Shown here: piece by piece, positions 38,534 through 51,400 of the stretch | Position numbering within the stretch: the stretch's first letter is position 1 | Layout: every line of letters starts with the position of its first letter | NCBI GenBank assembly: GCA_020891255.1 | Contig: BQFW01000003.1 | Span: 124,001-188,000, forward strand | Origin: Entomortierella parvispora E1425 | Lineage: Eukaryota; Fungi; Mortierellomycota | Direction: 5' to 3' | Length of the DNA stretch: 64,000 bases | Made by a program: the position numbers and the translations under genes | The notes under the pieces: generated by a model | Seen by the model: only the letters and a program-made list of their open reading frames with translations | What the model was told of the DNA's origin: nothing | Databases searched by the model: none

Positions 38534-38873
38534 CTAGCGTAGCTGAGGAATTTGCTTGAAGAGTCTTGGCTCCATGTGCATCTTGATTTCGGCACCACAG
38601 GTGTTGGGGAAGATCTTGGGCCCGGCGCGTGTCGGGCAGGTTGATTCCTACACGAGGAAGCGAGTAGGGGGTCGGAGTCAGGTGTCATGGCACGACGGAA
38701 CCTTAATTGGTCGAGGCGATGATTGTGGTCTGGGGTGGGTGGGGGGAGGGGCTGTGAGTGACCCACACCGGGGACCAGGAAGGCTGATCATGGCTACCTG
38801 GGACCAGGGCAGGGTGGATAAGAGCGGACGAAGGGATGTAGATAGCATTGCCATTGAAGGCATGGATGGCCAT
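38534..38873 (-). CDS. Candidate small two-exon gene, frame uncertain
   Basis: Intron-like segment 38797-38648 (GTAGCC...CTGAC...TCCTCGTGTAG). ATG 38863 gives a 59-aa product ending KIFPNTCGAEIKMHMEPRLFKQIPQLR* with C/G-ending codons; ATG 38873 gives another frame. No recognisable domain. Confidence 0.3.
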
Positions 38874-41042
38874 GGTGGGTGCAGGGCAGTGGAGTGGGGG
38901 GGGGGAGAATACCGGTGGGCACGAGCACTTTGTCAGAGGCGGGACCCCGCCTGAGCCCTGCGCGCGCTCTGATGTGTGAGAGAAAGAGAGGGAGAGAGAT
39001 GAAAATGCCCCTCTTCTCCCTGCCTGCCTCTATTGCCTGCACTATTGCCTATTGCCTGCCTGCCTTGCCTTGCCTGCCTGCCTGCCTGCCTGACCCCTGA
39101 CTGACTGACCGGGCTGACTTCCCTCGCTGGTCTCTGCGGTCATCAAGCCAGCCTCGCCTCCATCGCTCCCATCGGTCGGGCGCTCTTTCCTTTTTGTCAT
39201 CCTTGTCTCCATCCACCCCTTCCATCTCTACTTTTCTCCTTCCATCTCCATAACGTCCATTCCCGCCCAAGTCGACCCTCCGTAGATCTAGTCTCCGGTG
39301 CGTCCCTCTCCCTCTCCTTCACTCCCACATAACCGTCGCCGTCCCTGCTTGGCGACCCTCATCCACTCGACCGGCCCTGCACACATACCCCTCTATCCCC
39401 ATCCCCACCCTCATCCCCATCCCCAACCCCAACCTCATTCTCCTCAATCTGTCAACACTGCACACACACCTGCGAGTCCCTTGTTCACCTCCCTTGAACA
39501 CAGACCCACCTCTTCCAAGCTGATCGTGCCTGAGCATCGCTCCGAGGCAACAAGCCAACAAAAGGTAAAGGGTGCAATCAATCACCACAACATTCGTCCC
39601 TTGCACACAATACACACACCCACACAATGCACACACACACACACACAGAGAGACACACAGAGACACACATTGCTCCCTTCCACTCTCTTCCGCAGCCAAA
39701 TATGCCATCGTCTTCCACCTTCAGTACCTTGTCTTTTACTCCTGGCCCTTTCTCCTTCAACTTTTATTCTCTGTTGTGCTATGCCATTCTTGCATCATGC
39801 AGAAAAGCAGTTTGCCACCAATTCTCAAACAATGGACTCTGGGGAGGAACTTTGATGACCTCGAAAGCAAAGCCGCTTTGTTGCTATGCGGTGCATGGGT
39901 CCTCAAGGGTCACTCACTCTGACCTGTGGAGAACTTCCTGACAAAGCTGCGTGGCGCATTGGACTCCTGGTTCTCCTCTCCAGGGTGAGGGAGAGACGCA
40001 CCACACCGTAAACATATATCCATATATCCCGGGATAGTTCCCTTCCTCATGGGTATCAGTCTACAACATCCGGATACCACATCATGGCAAGGGTGGCAGG
40101 GTGAGGAGGGGTCCGTGTCAGTATCGTCTCGGGTGCGGATGGGGATCCGGACCCGTCTCAAAATGCGTAGTGAGGGGCGGCGGCAGTGGCGAGAGCGCAA
40201 GGGGAGACGTCAGCTCTTTCTGCACTCACTGTGCACTTGCCATGGTGCCGCCTGCGCGGAAAAAGACAGAGAACCACCTGTCGAGATGGCATCATGGCAT
40301 TGTCCATCCTTGCATCCATCTATCCGCCTGTTGGGGCTTTGCCTCGCTTTTCTTGTGGTCAAGACCCACGATGGTGGTCCATTTTCTGCTATTCCTCCTT
40401 CCGTCCTTCCCGTTTTTTGCACGCGCTGGCTCCCTGACCCCAGCCTTTGGTGCAGTGCTCACCGCTGCCTTCCAGCCCGGCTCTTGGGGCATTGTCATCA
40501 TCGATTGCTCTTCTCCTTTTGCTCCCTTCTGTTCCTGCTGTTGCTGTTGTGGTCCGTCGTGCTCCTCTCGTCTTTGCTCCCTTCACCGCATTCACCTGCT
40601 CCGTGCGCAGGTCCTTCCTTTGTCTATCAGGCTGCATCTAAACACGCCAGCCTTCATCTTTCTGCCCCCGCCACTTTACACAGCCGCTTTATTTCCTGGC
40701 ACCTCATCACGACCCTGACCTCACTTGCCCCTCTTTCCTTTTGCTTGTCCCCCTTCCCACATCCTCCTCCCTGCCTCCCTCCCTCATCCATCCTCCCCCA
40801 TTGACGCGTTTCATCATTCTTTGTCGTTTGACCCATTGTTTCCTCTCGCAGCCCAGTACCTCCCGAATCGCGCACCGCCTCTTTTTTTTTTCTATTTTTT
40901 TTCTCAACGGTCAGACCTCACACCGTGGAATGATTACATGCAACCTTCCTTCCAATTCCGTTGCATTTTTACAACCAGTGAATGCTTCAATGTTTTGCAT
41001 CCATCTAATCAACGTTTCTTTATTGGATACCATTCTAATTAG

Positions 41043-44000
41043 ATGGACATTGATCTCCCAGGAACGCAGCCTGTCCAGACCCTGATCGACGCTGGCGACC
41101 CACCTTCTTCCGTCGACAAAGGAAACGCGTTAAAAATCTTGGATCAGACCATCAACGATGGTGGAGCTGTCATGTACACTGTCCTTTGGGAAAACGGAGC
41201 CACGACTGAGGTAAGAAAGCCAAGCCAATCCAGATTTCCTTTTGGGGGCTCAACAAACCGAATTTCCCCATCATTCAGATATCGACTACTTTTTTTTTGA
41301 GCATTTGAGGAGAAAGATCTTTTTCTGTCGCGCGATCTCTCCCGCCATCTCTCTCTCGACCATTGCTTGCCCAACATCACGGGCAGGAGTAGAAAAGAGT
41401 TGGTTCCCAGGAATGTTCGCCTTGATCAAACTCTTTTTTTTTTTTTGCTCATGGAACTCGGATAGCCAAGGGGGTGTCTGAGCACCTTACTCATTCAAAC
41501 ATGACCCGGTGAGGGAGAGCAGGGTCAAACAAAGCAAAAAATAGGAGAGAGAGATTGGGTCAACTGAACAGGGACGAAAAAGGAGTGGGAATCAAGGAAA
41601 ACTATCAGGAGGGGTAGAAAAGCGGGTGCAAGAAGGAATGAATGAAGGAAGAAGGGGGGGGGATGGAGAGGCGCCTTTGACTTTCAGTTGACGGCAAGTG
41701 ATGCAGGTTATGACAGAGATTCGATGTTGTCATTCATTTTGGAGGCGACAGTTGAGAAATGAATGAGCGGGCGTTATAGGGATGGCTATCGCCCGTGCCG
41801 CACTCTCATCAAGAGTGCACCTTGAGTGCTCCATAGAAGCGTTGGCGATGATCCGACGGACAATCGTGTGCGATAGCAGGAGCACGCTATCTCTACAGAT
41901 CGCGGAGATCCTTGTGGAAGGGGGCAAAAGAAGAAAGAAAAAAAAATTCAGGGGGTGTGTGTGACATGAACATCGTGGCCAGCAAATTAACGCGTGGAGA
42001 ATCATTATTTTTGTCGCTGTGGCATGCGCGTTTAGGAATCGGTCCAGGCACTTGGAGAATGGGACGATCTCGTTCAAGAATACGAACACAGCCAGTTCTC
42101 CATGTCAGAGACCAAGCCCCCATCTCCCTCACCGCCCGTCCGTAAACCACAGCCTGCCTCGGCTGCCGACAGCGACTCGTCAAAGAAGAAGCCTGCCGCC
42201 TCAGCGCGACCCACTCGGATAAAGGCGAAAACCAACTATAATGAACAGGCAGATTCAGACGACGATGGTGCCTATGGTACGCCTACAAGTGGCAAGAAGG
42301 GCGACAAAAAATCAAAGAAAGCCTCAGCAGCCTCCAGTGGCGAGGATATTCCAAGTCCAGATCAGGATGCCGAATCGACACCAACACTCTCTGCTCGAGG
42401 ATACCCCAGGAGGGCTGCCAACACTGTAAAGCCACAGCCAAAGGCGGACTCTTCTGACGACTCTTCAGAAGAAACTACAACAACAAAGGCAGCACGGCCT
42501 GAAAGGAAAGGAGGTCCCTTCACGGCCAAGCCCAAGAAGGTGCTCTTGGCTAGCTCTACAGAGTCCAGCTTTGTGTTGGCGCATCACTCGTTCTGCACAA
42601 GATGTGGCTTGCGGGGCGAGATTACAAAGCGCAAAGGCAAGAAGAAGAGCGATGACGAAGACGACGACGAGCCCCTTGGACCTCTATTGCTTTGCGAATG
42701 CTGTGCCTCAGGATACCATCGCCTCTGTTTGAGGAAGACATATGTGGACAGCTTGGGCGATCATGGATTCAGGTGCGAGTCATGTGTCAAGAACGGTGGT
42801 GCAGAGTGCCTCGAATGCCACGAATGGGAAGGCAAGACATCCAAGGCTGTGATTAAACCCTCGACCTCCAACGGAGGATCATCAAACACGACCTCTGAGG
42901 CCGCCACCCCAACAGAAAGCGTAGCAGCAACAGAAAAGAGCGCTGACAATCCCGAAAGCACTACTGCTGAAACGGAAACGGATAAGGATCAGTCAAGCAG
43001 CATGGACATTGTCAAGGAACCATCGGCAGAGGAACCTGCCCCTGAAGCGGCAGCTGAGGGAGAAGCTACTCCTGCACCTGAAGTCCTCTTCCGCTGCTTC
43101 CGGTGTACTTATAGTGCTCACGACAGGTGTTTAAAGCCTTTGTCGACCACGGATCCCGACATTAGCCAATCCGCACTCGTTAAGTCCTACAGGAAAGACT
43201 GGAAGTGTCACCAGTGCTTGGAATGGGACCTGGAACTTGACTCGATTCTCGCCTATAGAGACGTTCCTATCCGTAAACCTGGTACTGAGGACATGGAGGT
43301 GGATGAACCTGAGCCCGTCAAGAGCAGTATTTTCCGACGAAAGGCTCAGGTCGAAGTCTCCAAGGACAAGGACGGGGCTCTGCCCCAAGCCAAAAACACG
43401 ACACGGGAGCTTTTGGTGAAGTGGAAGAACATGTCCTACCGAAGGGTGACCTGGGTTCCATACTACTGGGCTTGCCAAGTGGTTTCCTCTGCCAAGATCA
43501 AGACATTTTGGAAAAAGACGTCTGGGCCCGCTGACATTTCTGAAGTGATACCCTCAGAGTGGACCCAGGTGGATTGCATCATGGATGTTATTTTCGATTC
43601 TGAATGGCAAGGGTCAGAGGACAGCATGGATGCGCTGGATCACATCCAGACCGTTTTCGTCAAGTGGAAGTCATTGGACTATGAACATTGTAAGGATTGA
43701 CATGGCGATCATGATGGCGGCCATTTGTTTTATACCTGAGACTTACTTTTTGACATGTGATATCTTTTTAGCCACATGGGATGACCCTGACGAGCCGGAT
43801 AGCCCACATTACGCCTCCTTCAAAGCGGCGTACAAGAATTGGGCTGCTTCTTTAAAGATCAATATCCCTGCACGTGCAAAGAGGGGGCGCTCTGGTGTCC
43901 AGCCAAAGCCCGGCTCAAAGCATGCATTCGAGGAATTGAAGGTCCAGCCAGACTACATTGCTGGAGGAACACTCAAGAACTATCAATTGGATGGACTCAA

Positions 44001-47000
44001 GTAAGAACCCCCTTTTGTTTTTGTTGGAATGTCAAAGGGGCTCATGCTATTTGTAAACTGACGCTATGGTCCTTTCAACGATGTTTTTTAGTTGGATGCG
44101 GTATAACCACTTCATGGGCGTCAACAGTATTCTGGCCGATGAGATGGGTCTGGGCAAGACTATCCAGATGGTGGCTTTGGTCACGACTCTTTACCATCAA
44201 CTGGGAGCCTTCCCCTGCCTTATTGTCGTACCCAACTCGACTCTGACCAACTGGGTGCGAGAGTTTGCAAAGTGGGCACCTGATCTCCGTGTGGTTGCTT
44301 ACTATGGTCCACAAGCCTCTCGGTCGGTCGTACGAGACTATGAACTCTTCCACAGAGGCACTCAGGATCTGAAGTGCCATGTTGTAGTGACGACCTACGA
44401 GATGATTGCCAACAGCGCCGAGAATGGCATCTTCCGCAAGAACTCTTGGGAGTGCCTTGTGGTGGATGAGGGTCAGCGACTCAAGAACGAGAACAGCATG
44501 TTGTTTGTGAAGCTGAACGAACTCTCTGTGGATCATCGCGTTCTGTTGACGGGAACACCGTTGCAGAACAACATCAGGGAATTGTTCAGTTTGATGAACT
44601 TTTTGGATCCAGTCAAATTCGCGGATGTGACGGAGCTGGAGAAGAAGTACGAGAACTTGGACAAGGCTGCAGTAGAGGAACTGCATGTGGTATGTTGTCT
44701 TTTTTGGTTTTCCTTTGTCGCTCTCGTCGCTTTGATCTCGATTAGTTGACTAACTCTCTGCCGCCCTTGCATTTATAGCTCTTGAAACCTTTCTTCTTGC
44801 GCCGTACCAAAGATGAAGTTCTTAAGGATCTTCCTCCAAAGGTAATGCTCTGTGGGACAATCAGGCATCTAGAATGGAAACAGAACCTAACAAACGTGTC
44901 TCCCTTTCAATTGTTATCTGCAGAGCGAGGTCATTGTACCGGTGGGCATGTCTGCGCTTCAAAAGGAGATTTACAAAGGAGTGTTGGCTCGTAACCACAA
45001 ACTGCTCCAGTCCATCACCAACCGAGGAGGCACCGCCAGCAACCGCAAATCTTCGCTTCAGAACATCCTTATGGAGCTTCGCAAGTGCTTGAACCACCCC
45101 TACCTGATTGACGGAATCGAACCCCGCAATCTGCCTTCCATGGAGCTTGTCCACAAGAGTCTGATCGAGGCAGGAGGCAAGCTAGAGCTTCTCCACAACA
45201 TGTTGCCAAAGCTGAAACAGAACGGACATCGTGTCTTGATCTTCTCGACCATGACCCGACTCTTGGATATTCTGGAGGACTATCTGAATGGTGAACGGTA
45301 CAACTACGTGCGCTTGGATGGATCCACGACCAGCAATGATCGTCAAGCCAGGATTGACAAGTACAATGCACCTGACTCCGACGTCTTTGTGTTCTTGCTC
45401 TCGACTCGAGCTGGAGGTGTGGGAGTCAACTTGGCAACGGCTGATACCATTATCATTTACGACGTGGATTTCAACCCCAAGGCGGATATGCAGGCCCTCA
45501 GTCGCGCCCATCGTATCGGACAAAAGAACAAGGTCCTGGTGCTCAAGTTCATGACCCGCAACTCTGCCGAGGAGCGCATTGTCCAGATCGGAAAGAAAAA
45601 GATGATTCTGGATCATTTGATTGTCGAGCGCATGGAAGACGAGAACTTGGACCCAGTGGACGTGGAGAGTATTCTCAAATTCGGTGCCAAGGCCCTGTTT
45701 GAGGAGGACTCGACTGCGAACGAGGATGTCAAGTACGACGATGCTGCCCTAGACGCTCTCTTGGATCGAAGCAAGATTGAGCACAATTGGGACGATAACG
45801 ACAATGGTGAGACCAAGGTCAGCGGCTTTGGTTTCGCCAAGGTCTGGACAGAGACCAAGGGAATCGTGGACGAGGAGATCCCAATTGACGCTCCTCCAGC
45901 GGACGAAGAAGAAGGGTTCTGGTCGACTTTGCTCCGAGACCGGTTAAAGATGTCGTACGCTCAGGAAGAAGAGACCTTGGGCCGTGGCGCGCGCAGAAAG
46001 ACGGTCTTGTCCTATGCAGAGAATGGCAATGAGCAAAACAAGAAGCGCAAGGCCGGCAAGGACGCACCCGCCAAGGAAGACGATGAAGAAGAGGAGGATT
46101 ATATCGATCAGGACATGGCTGGATCCGATGCTGAATCTGTAGAGTCGGATGTAGATCCAAATGAGGTGGCCGCAGAACTGGAGGGCAAAAAGGGGGCCAA
46201 GAGGAACCGTGGCAAGCTTCTGGATCCCAACTCTGCGGATGGCACGGGCTTGGACGAGGACGGTGCTGCGAAAGCAAAGAGAGCCCGTGGCGCCCAGCCA
46301 TCTTCTCCTCTGCAAAGAGGCGAGGGACAAGGCAAGAAGGGAAGGAAGCCGTTGCCTTGCTTGGTGTGCCACAGAAGCCATCGGGATCGGTGCCCAGAGA
46401 GTCAGGACATTCCTTTGGTGTTGGAACGGAGACAGCAGATTGCAACCAGCAACTACCCAGAAAACTACAAGGAAGTGGCGTTGGCTGCTTTGGATCGGTT
46501 CTTGCTCGAGAAACAGATTCAGCCAGGCGAGTTGCCCAAGGGCAAGGTCGCAAAGTCTCTCTCGGCTGCAGCAGCAAAACTGGGTGGAACCGCTTATCAA
46601 GAGAACCTTCGGTCCATGTCAATTGGAAAGGCCTATGTCCCTACAATTACTCCGGGCGCGTGTATTGTCTGCAACCAGGTCCCGTATCACTTGCCCTTCA
46701 AGTGCCCAGAGACCCGAAACGTCCAGTTCTTGCAGGAGAGGTGCCGCAACATCACTTTGGATCCCACCATTTCAGATGCCAAGAAGCAGGAATATGTCGC
46801 CACCATCAAGGCCCTCGTGTCCAGGGAGGCCCCTCGTGGTGCTGCCCCTCTGCCCACTCTCCCGTCTGCCCGGCGACAAGGACCTTATGTGTCACAAGTG
46901 CCCTCTGGACGAGGTGGGCCAGCGTCTACGGCGGCAGGAGCTGCAGGACCTCCTGTTGGAGGGAGCAAGGTTAATTCAATGACAGGACGACAAGGAGGCG

Positions 47001-48046
47001 GTGGCGGACCTATCCAGGGACGCTCCAGCGCAAGTACATCTCATCACCCTTACGCCTCTCAGTCTCAGTCCCAATACCCGGCCTCGCAACAACAACAGTA
47101 CTCTCCAACGTCACATCGAGACAATCAACGATCGCAGCAGGACCATGCTCCTGGATATGTATTCCGGAACGGCCCCTCTTCTCAACACTCATCCTCCGGA
47201 AATGGTCAGAGCTACCCACCAAGGAAACCAGTCGATGGCTCTGGGCGTGTAGGTGTTTTCGCACCTGTGCCAGCCTATGCTGGTCGGGGAGGTGCGGCAG
47301 GTGCGCAGGACTACCAGGGCGCTCCTCGCTACAGCCAATCCGGGGCATCAGGACCTCCAAGGCAAGGAGGCAGTGCGTACACGTCGTCTGAGGATCTCCG
47401 TGGACAGGGAGACTATTCGCCACCAGATAATGTAAGCTACAACTCAGGTTTCCGATGTTCTCACCCCCTTGCAAGTCGGAAATGATGTGAAACTAACGAG
47501 TGCTTCTCAATTTATGTTTAGGATACCTATAGTTCACGCGGCGCTAACGCTCACCGGCCCGCTCAGGCGTATTCTCATGAACGTTCGCAACAACCTTACC
47601 GCTCTCAACAACAACAACAATCACCACCACAGCACCTTCAAAAACAATCACAACAGCCAATGCCTCGGACCAATGCCCTTCCCCCGCGTGATGATCTCCG
47701 CAACCCCCAACACAACCCCAAGGAAAGACGAGGACCCCCTCCCCCTCCAGAGGCTGTGATAGATCTCGTCATGTCCTCACCTACACTGGATCCCCAACAA
47801 CCACCATCACGGCAACCTAATGGATCATCCTCACACGGCGAAGAGAACGAGGCTCATTCCCCCCAGCTGTATGCATCGGAAGAGATTTCTAGTGGTCTCA
47901 AGACTAAAGTTGCAGGGATCGAGAAGTCGGCGGCGACGACGGTGGCGGTGGCGTCCAACCTGTCCACAGAGGTTTTGACGACTGAACTTTCCATCCAGGA
48001 ATCACCCCATTCGACATTTGGTCACAATGGAAACAGCCACTCGTAA
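41043..48046 (+). CDS. CHD/Mi-2-type (Mit1-like) chromatin remodelling ATPase: PHD fingers, chromodomains, SNF2 ATPase, C-terminal Cys/His knuckles
   Basis: Exon 41043-41210 splices to 42036 in frame. PHD-type Cys/His clusters; ELLVKWKNMSYRRVTW; VFVKWKSLDYEHC|ATWD; ILADEMGLGKT; LVVDEGQRLKN; LLTGTPLQNN; STRAGGVGVNLATAD; QALSRAHRIGQ. Last exon continues to stop 48046. Confidence 0.93.
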
Positions 48047-48448
48047 TTTCGCCCGTCTCTCTTTTTCTTTCTCTCCCTCTCTCCTCGTTGTTGATTTGTC
48101 TATCTTTTTTCCTTTGTGTATTTCAAAAAGCCTTCCCTCCGCATTCATAAAAAAAAAACCTATCAAATAAAATGCAACAAGATGATGCCTGGTGAATCTT
48201 GGGTGGAGTGATTGACGTCTGTCGCACCGAGCAAAAGGTATCGGCCGCATGTTGGAGGTTTAAACTTGGACACTCACAGCCCCTTCTCAACAACACGTGC
48301 TGGGTCCAATTGATCCAGACAAGAAAGACTCGGAGCTGTTTCCAGTATGTGACAACCCTAGTTCTGAATCAAACGGAAATTCACCCGCGGGAACAGTTAT
48401 AGGAACAGGCACAGCAGTGAGGGCCACAGAAATATATTATTGTAACTT

Positions 48449-51400
48449 TTATTGGAACGACATCAACTTTCCAGTGATACCCATGAGTCGACCTATCGGT
48501 CCTTTGCTAGCTTTGCTCAATTGGGACATTTTCTCGAGACTTTTGATTGTATTGATGTCGGCTGCCTTTCTCAACCACTCCATAGCCTTCTCGTGATCTG
48601 GAGGAACACCCATGCCATCGTAGTGCATCAGGCCAAGATTGCGCTGCGCATCAGTGTACCCTTGGTCCGCGGCTCTAAGATACCACCCCATGGCCGTCGG
48701 ATAGTGCCGGGTTACACCCTTACCACTATGATACATTAAGCCAATGTTGAACTGAGCACTGGCGTAATCTTGATCGGCGGCCTTCAGATACCACTCCATT
48801 GCCTTCTGGTAGTCCTGGGGAACTCCTTTCCCGCCCTCGTACATCAAGCCTATGTTGAACTGGGCACTGGCCTCTTCTCTCTCTGAAATCTTCAAGTACC
48901 AGTCCATGGCTTTCTTGTAGTCCTGGGGGACGCCCTTACCACCTTGATACATCACAGCCGTATGCGCCTGCGCATCGACATTTCCTTGCTCGGCGGCCTT
49001 CAAATACCACTCCGTGGCCTTCTGGTAGTCTTGTGGGACACCCTTTCCACCATCGTACATCAAGCCCACGTTGAACTGAGACCTGGCAATCCCTTGCTCG
49101 GCGGCTTTCAAGAACCACTCCATGGCCTTCTGGTAGTCCTGTGGGACACCCTTTCCACCATCGTACATCAAGCCCACGTTGAACTGAGACCTGGCAATCC
49201 CTTGCTCGGCGGCCTTCAAAAACCACTCCATGGCCTTTTGGTAGGCCTGAGGAACACCATCTCCTTCATGGTACATGACGCCAATATTGAACTGAGAACT
49301 GGCGTCCCCTTGCTCGGCAGCCTTCAAAAACCATTCCATGGCCCTCCGGTAGTCCTGAGGAACACCTTCTCCATCATTGTACATCACACCAATATTGAAC
49401 TGAGAACTGGCGTCTCCTTGCTCGGCGGCCTTCAAATACCACTCCATGGCCTTTTGGTAGTCCTGAGGAACACCCTTTCCATCACTGTACATCACACCAA
49501 TATTGGACTGAGAACTGGCGTGCTGTTGCTCGGCAGCCTTCAAATACCACTCCATGGCCTTCTGATGGTCCTGAGGAACACCCTTTCCATCACTGTACAT
49601 CACACCAATATTGAACTGAGAACTGGCGTCTCCTTGCTCGGCGGACTTCAAAAACCATTCCATGGCCTTTTGGTAGTCCTGAGGAACATCCTCTCCACTG
49701 TACAACATCACACCAATATTGAACTGAGAACTGGCGTCTCCTTGCTCGGCGGCCTTCAAAAACCATTCCATGGCCTTTTGGTAGTCCTGAGGAACATCCT
49801 CTCCACTGTACAACATCACACCAATATTGAACTGAGAACTGGCAATTCCTTGCTCGGCGGCCTTCCAATACCACTCCATAGCCTTCTGGTAGTCTTGTGG
49901 AACACCCTCTCCACTGTAGTACATCGCACCAATGTTGTGCTGAGCCCTGGCAATCCCTTGCTCGGCGGCCATCAAAAACCACTCCATGGCCTTCTGGTGG
50001 TCCTGAGGAAGACCCTTTCCGCCATAGTACATCACACCAATGTTGAGCTGAGAACTGGCATCCCCTTGCTCGGCAGCCTTCAAAAACCATTCCATGGCCC
50101 TCCGGTAGTCCTGAGGAACACCTTCTCCATCATTGTACATCACACCAACATTGAACTGAGAACTGGCGTCTCCTTGCTCGGCGGCCTTCAAATACCACTC
50201 CATGGCCTTTTGGTAGTCCTGAGGAACACCCTTTCCATCACTGTACATCACACCAATATTGAACTGAGAACTGGCGTCTCCTTGCTCGGCGGACTTCAAA
50301 AACCACTCCATGGCCTTCTGGTGGTCCTGAGGAACACCCTCTCCATAATGATATAAGCCGCCCATGTTGGTTTGCGCGGGAGCATAGTCCTGGGCGGCAG
50401 ACTTGAGATACCACTCTCTGGCCGCAACAAGATCCTGAGGCACGCCATTGCCCTTAAAGTACATATCTCCAGTTCTGTTCTGAGCTTCAGCGTGTCCCTG
50501 CATTGCCGCTTTGGAATAGCACTCCATTGCTTTCGTATAGTCCTGTGGAGCGTTCTTTCCTAGATAATAGATTTCTCCTAGGCTGAACAAGGCGTCGGCA
50601 CTCCCTTGGGCCGCTGCCTTTGAATACCATTTTATAGCCAATGAAATGTCAAGCGGAAGTCCTTTGGAATGCTGATAAAATGAGCCTAGATTGAACTGGG
50701 CTATGGTGTGTCTTCGGTTGGCCGCTTGTAAGTACCACTCTGAGGCTTTCAGATAATCTCGAGCTACGCCATCACCTTCATCGTACATTGAGCCAAGGTT
50801 GAACTGAGCATCGGCGTATCCTTGATCGGCAGCTTTCAGATACCATTCAATGGCTTCGGATTTGTTCTGCGGGAGAATTGTACCAACGTGAAGCAAGAGT
50901 CCTATGTAGTACTGAGCCTGTGCAAGCCCTTGGTCTGCAGCTTTCCTGTACCATCTCACAGCCAACAGACGGTCCTGTGAAACGCCTCTGCCATGTTGGT
51001 ACAAGATGCCAAGGTTGAACTGAGCATCGGCCAATCCTTGGGTGGCCGCCTTCTTATACCATTCAGCTGCTGCGTAGTCGTCATGAGTAACGCCCTCGCC
51101 CCCCTCGTACATTGCACCTATACTGAATTGGGCAATTGCGCACCCTTTGTCCGATGCCCTCAGGTACCACTCCATGGCTTTCGATAGGTCCTGTGGAGTG
51201 CCGTAACCCTTGTAATACATCACGCCAACACTGAACTGGGCGATTCCGTGCCCTTGCTGTGCGGCCTTCAGGAACCACTCTACAGCCTTAGGGTGGTCGT
51301 CGTCTCGACGATAGATCATTCCCAAGTTGAATTGGGCATCAGCGAATCCTTGGTCGGCGGCTCGGAAAAACCACTCCTTAGCAGTCGAGTCGCTCTTGGG

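Noticed and set aside
48986-50281. CRISPR-like regular repeats
   Set aside because: Units are contiguous 108-nt in-frame coding repeats with no unique spacers, in a eukaryotic genome with no cas genes.
48944-50356. 470-aa plus-strand ORF with repeats
   Set aside because: Antisense shadow of the Sel1 repeat array; its periodicity is inherited and it has no independent features.
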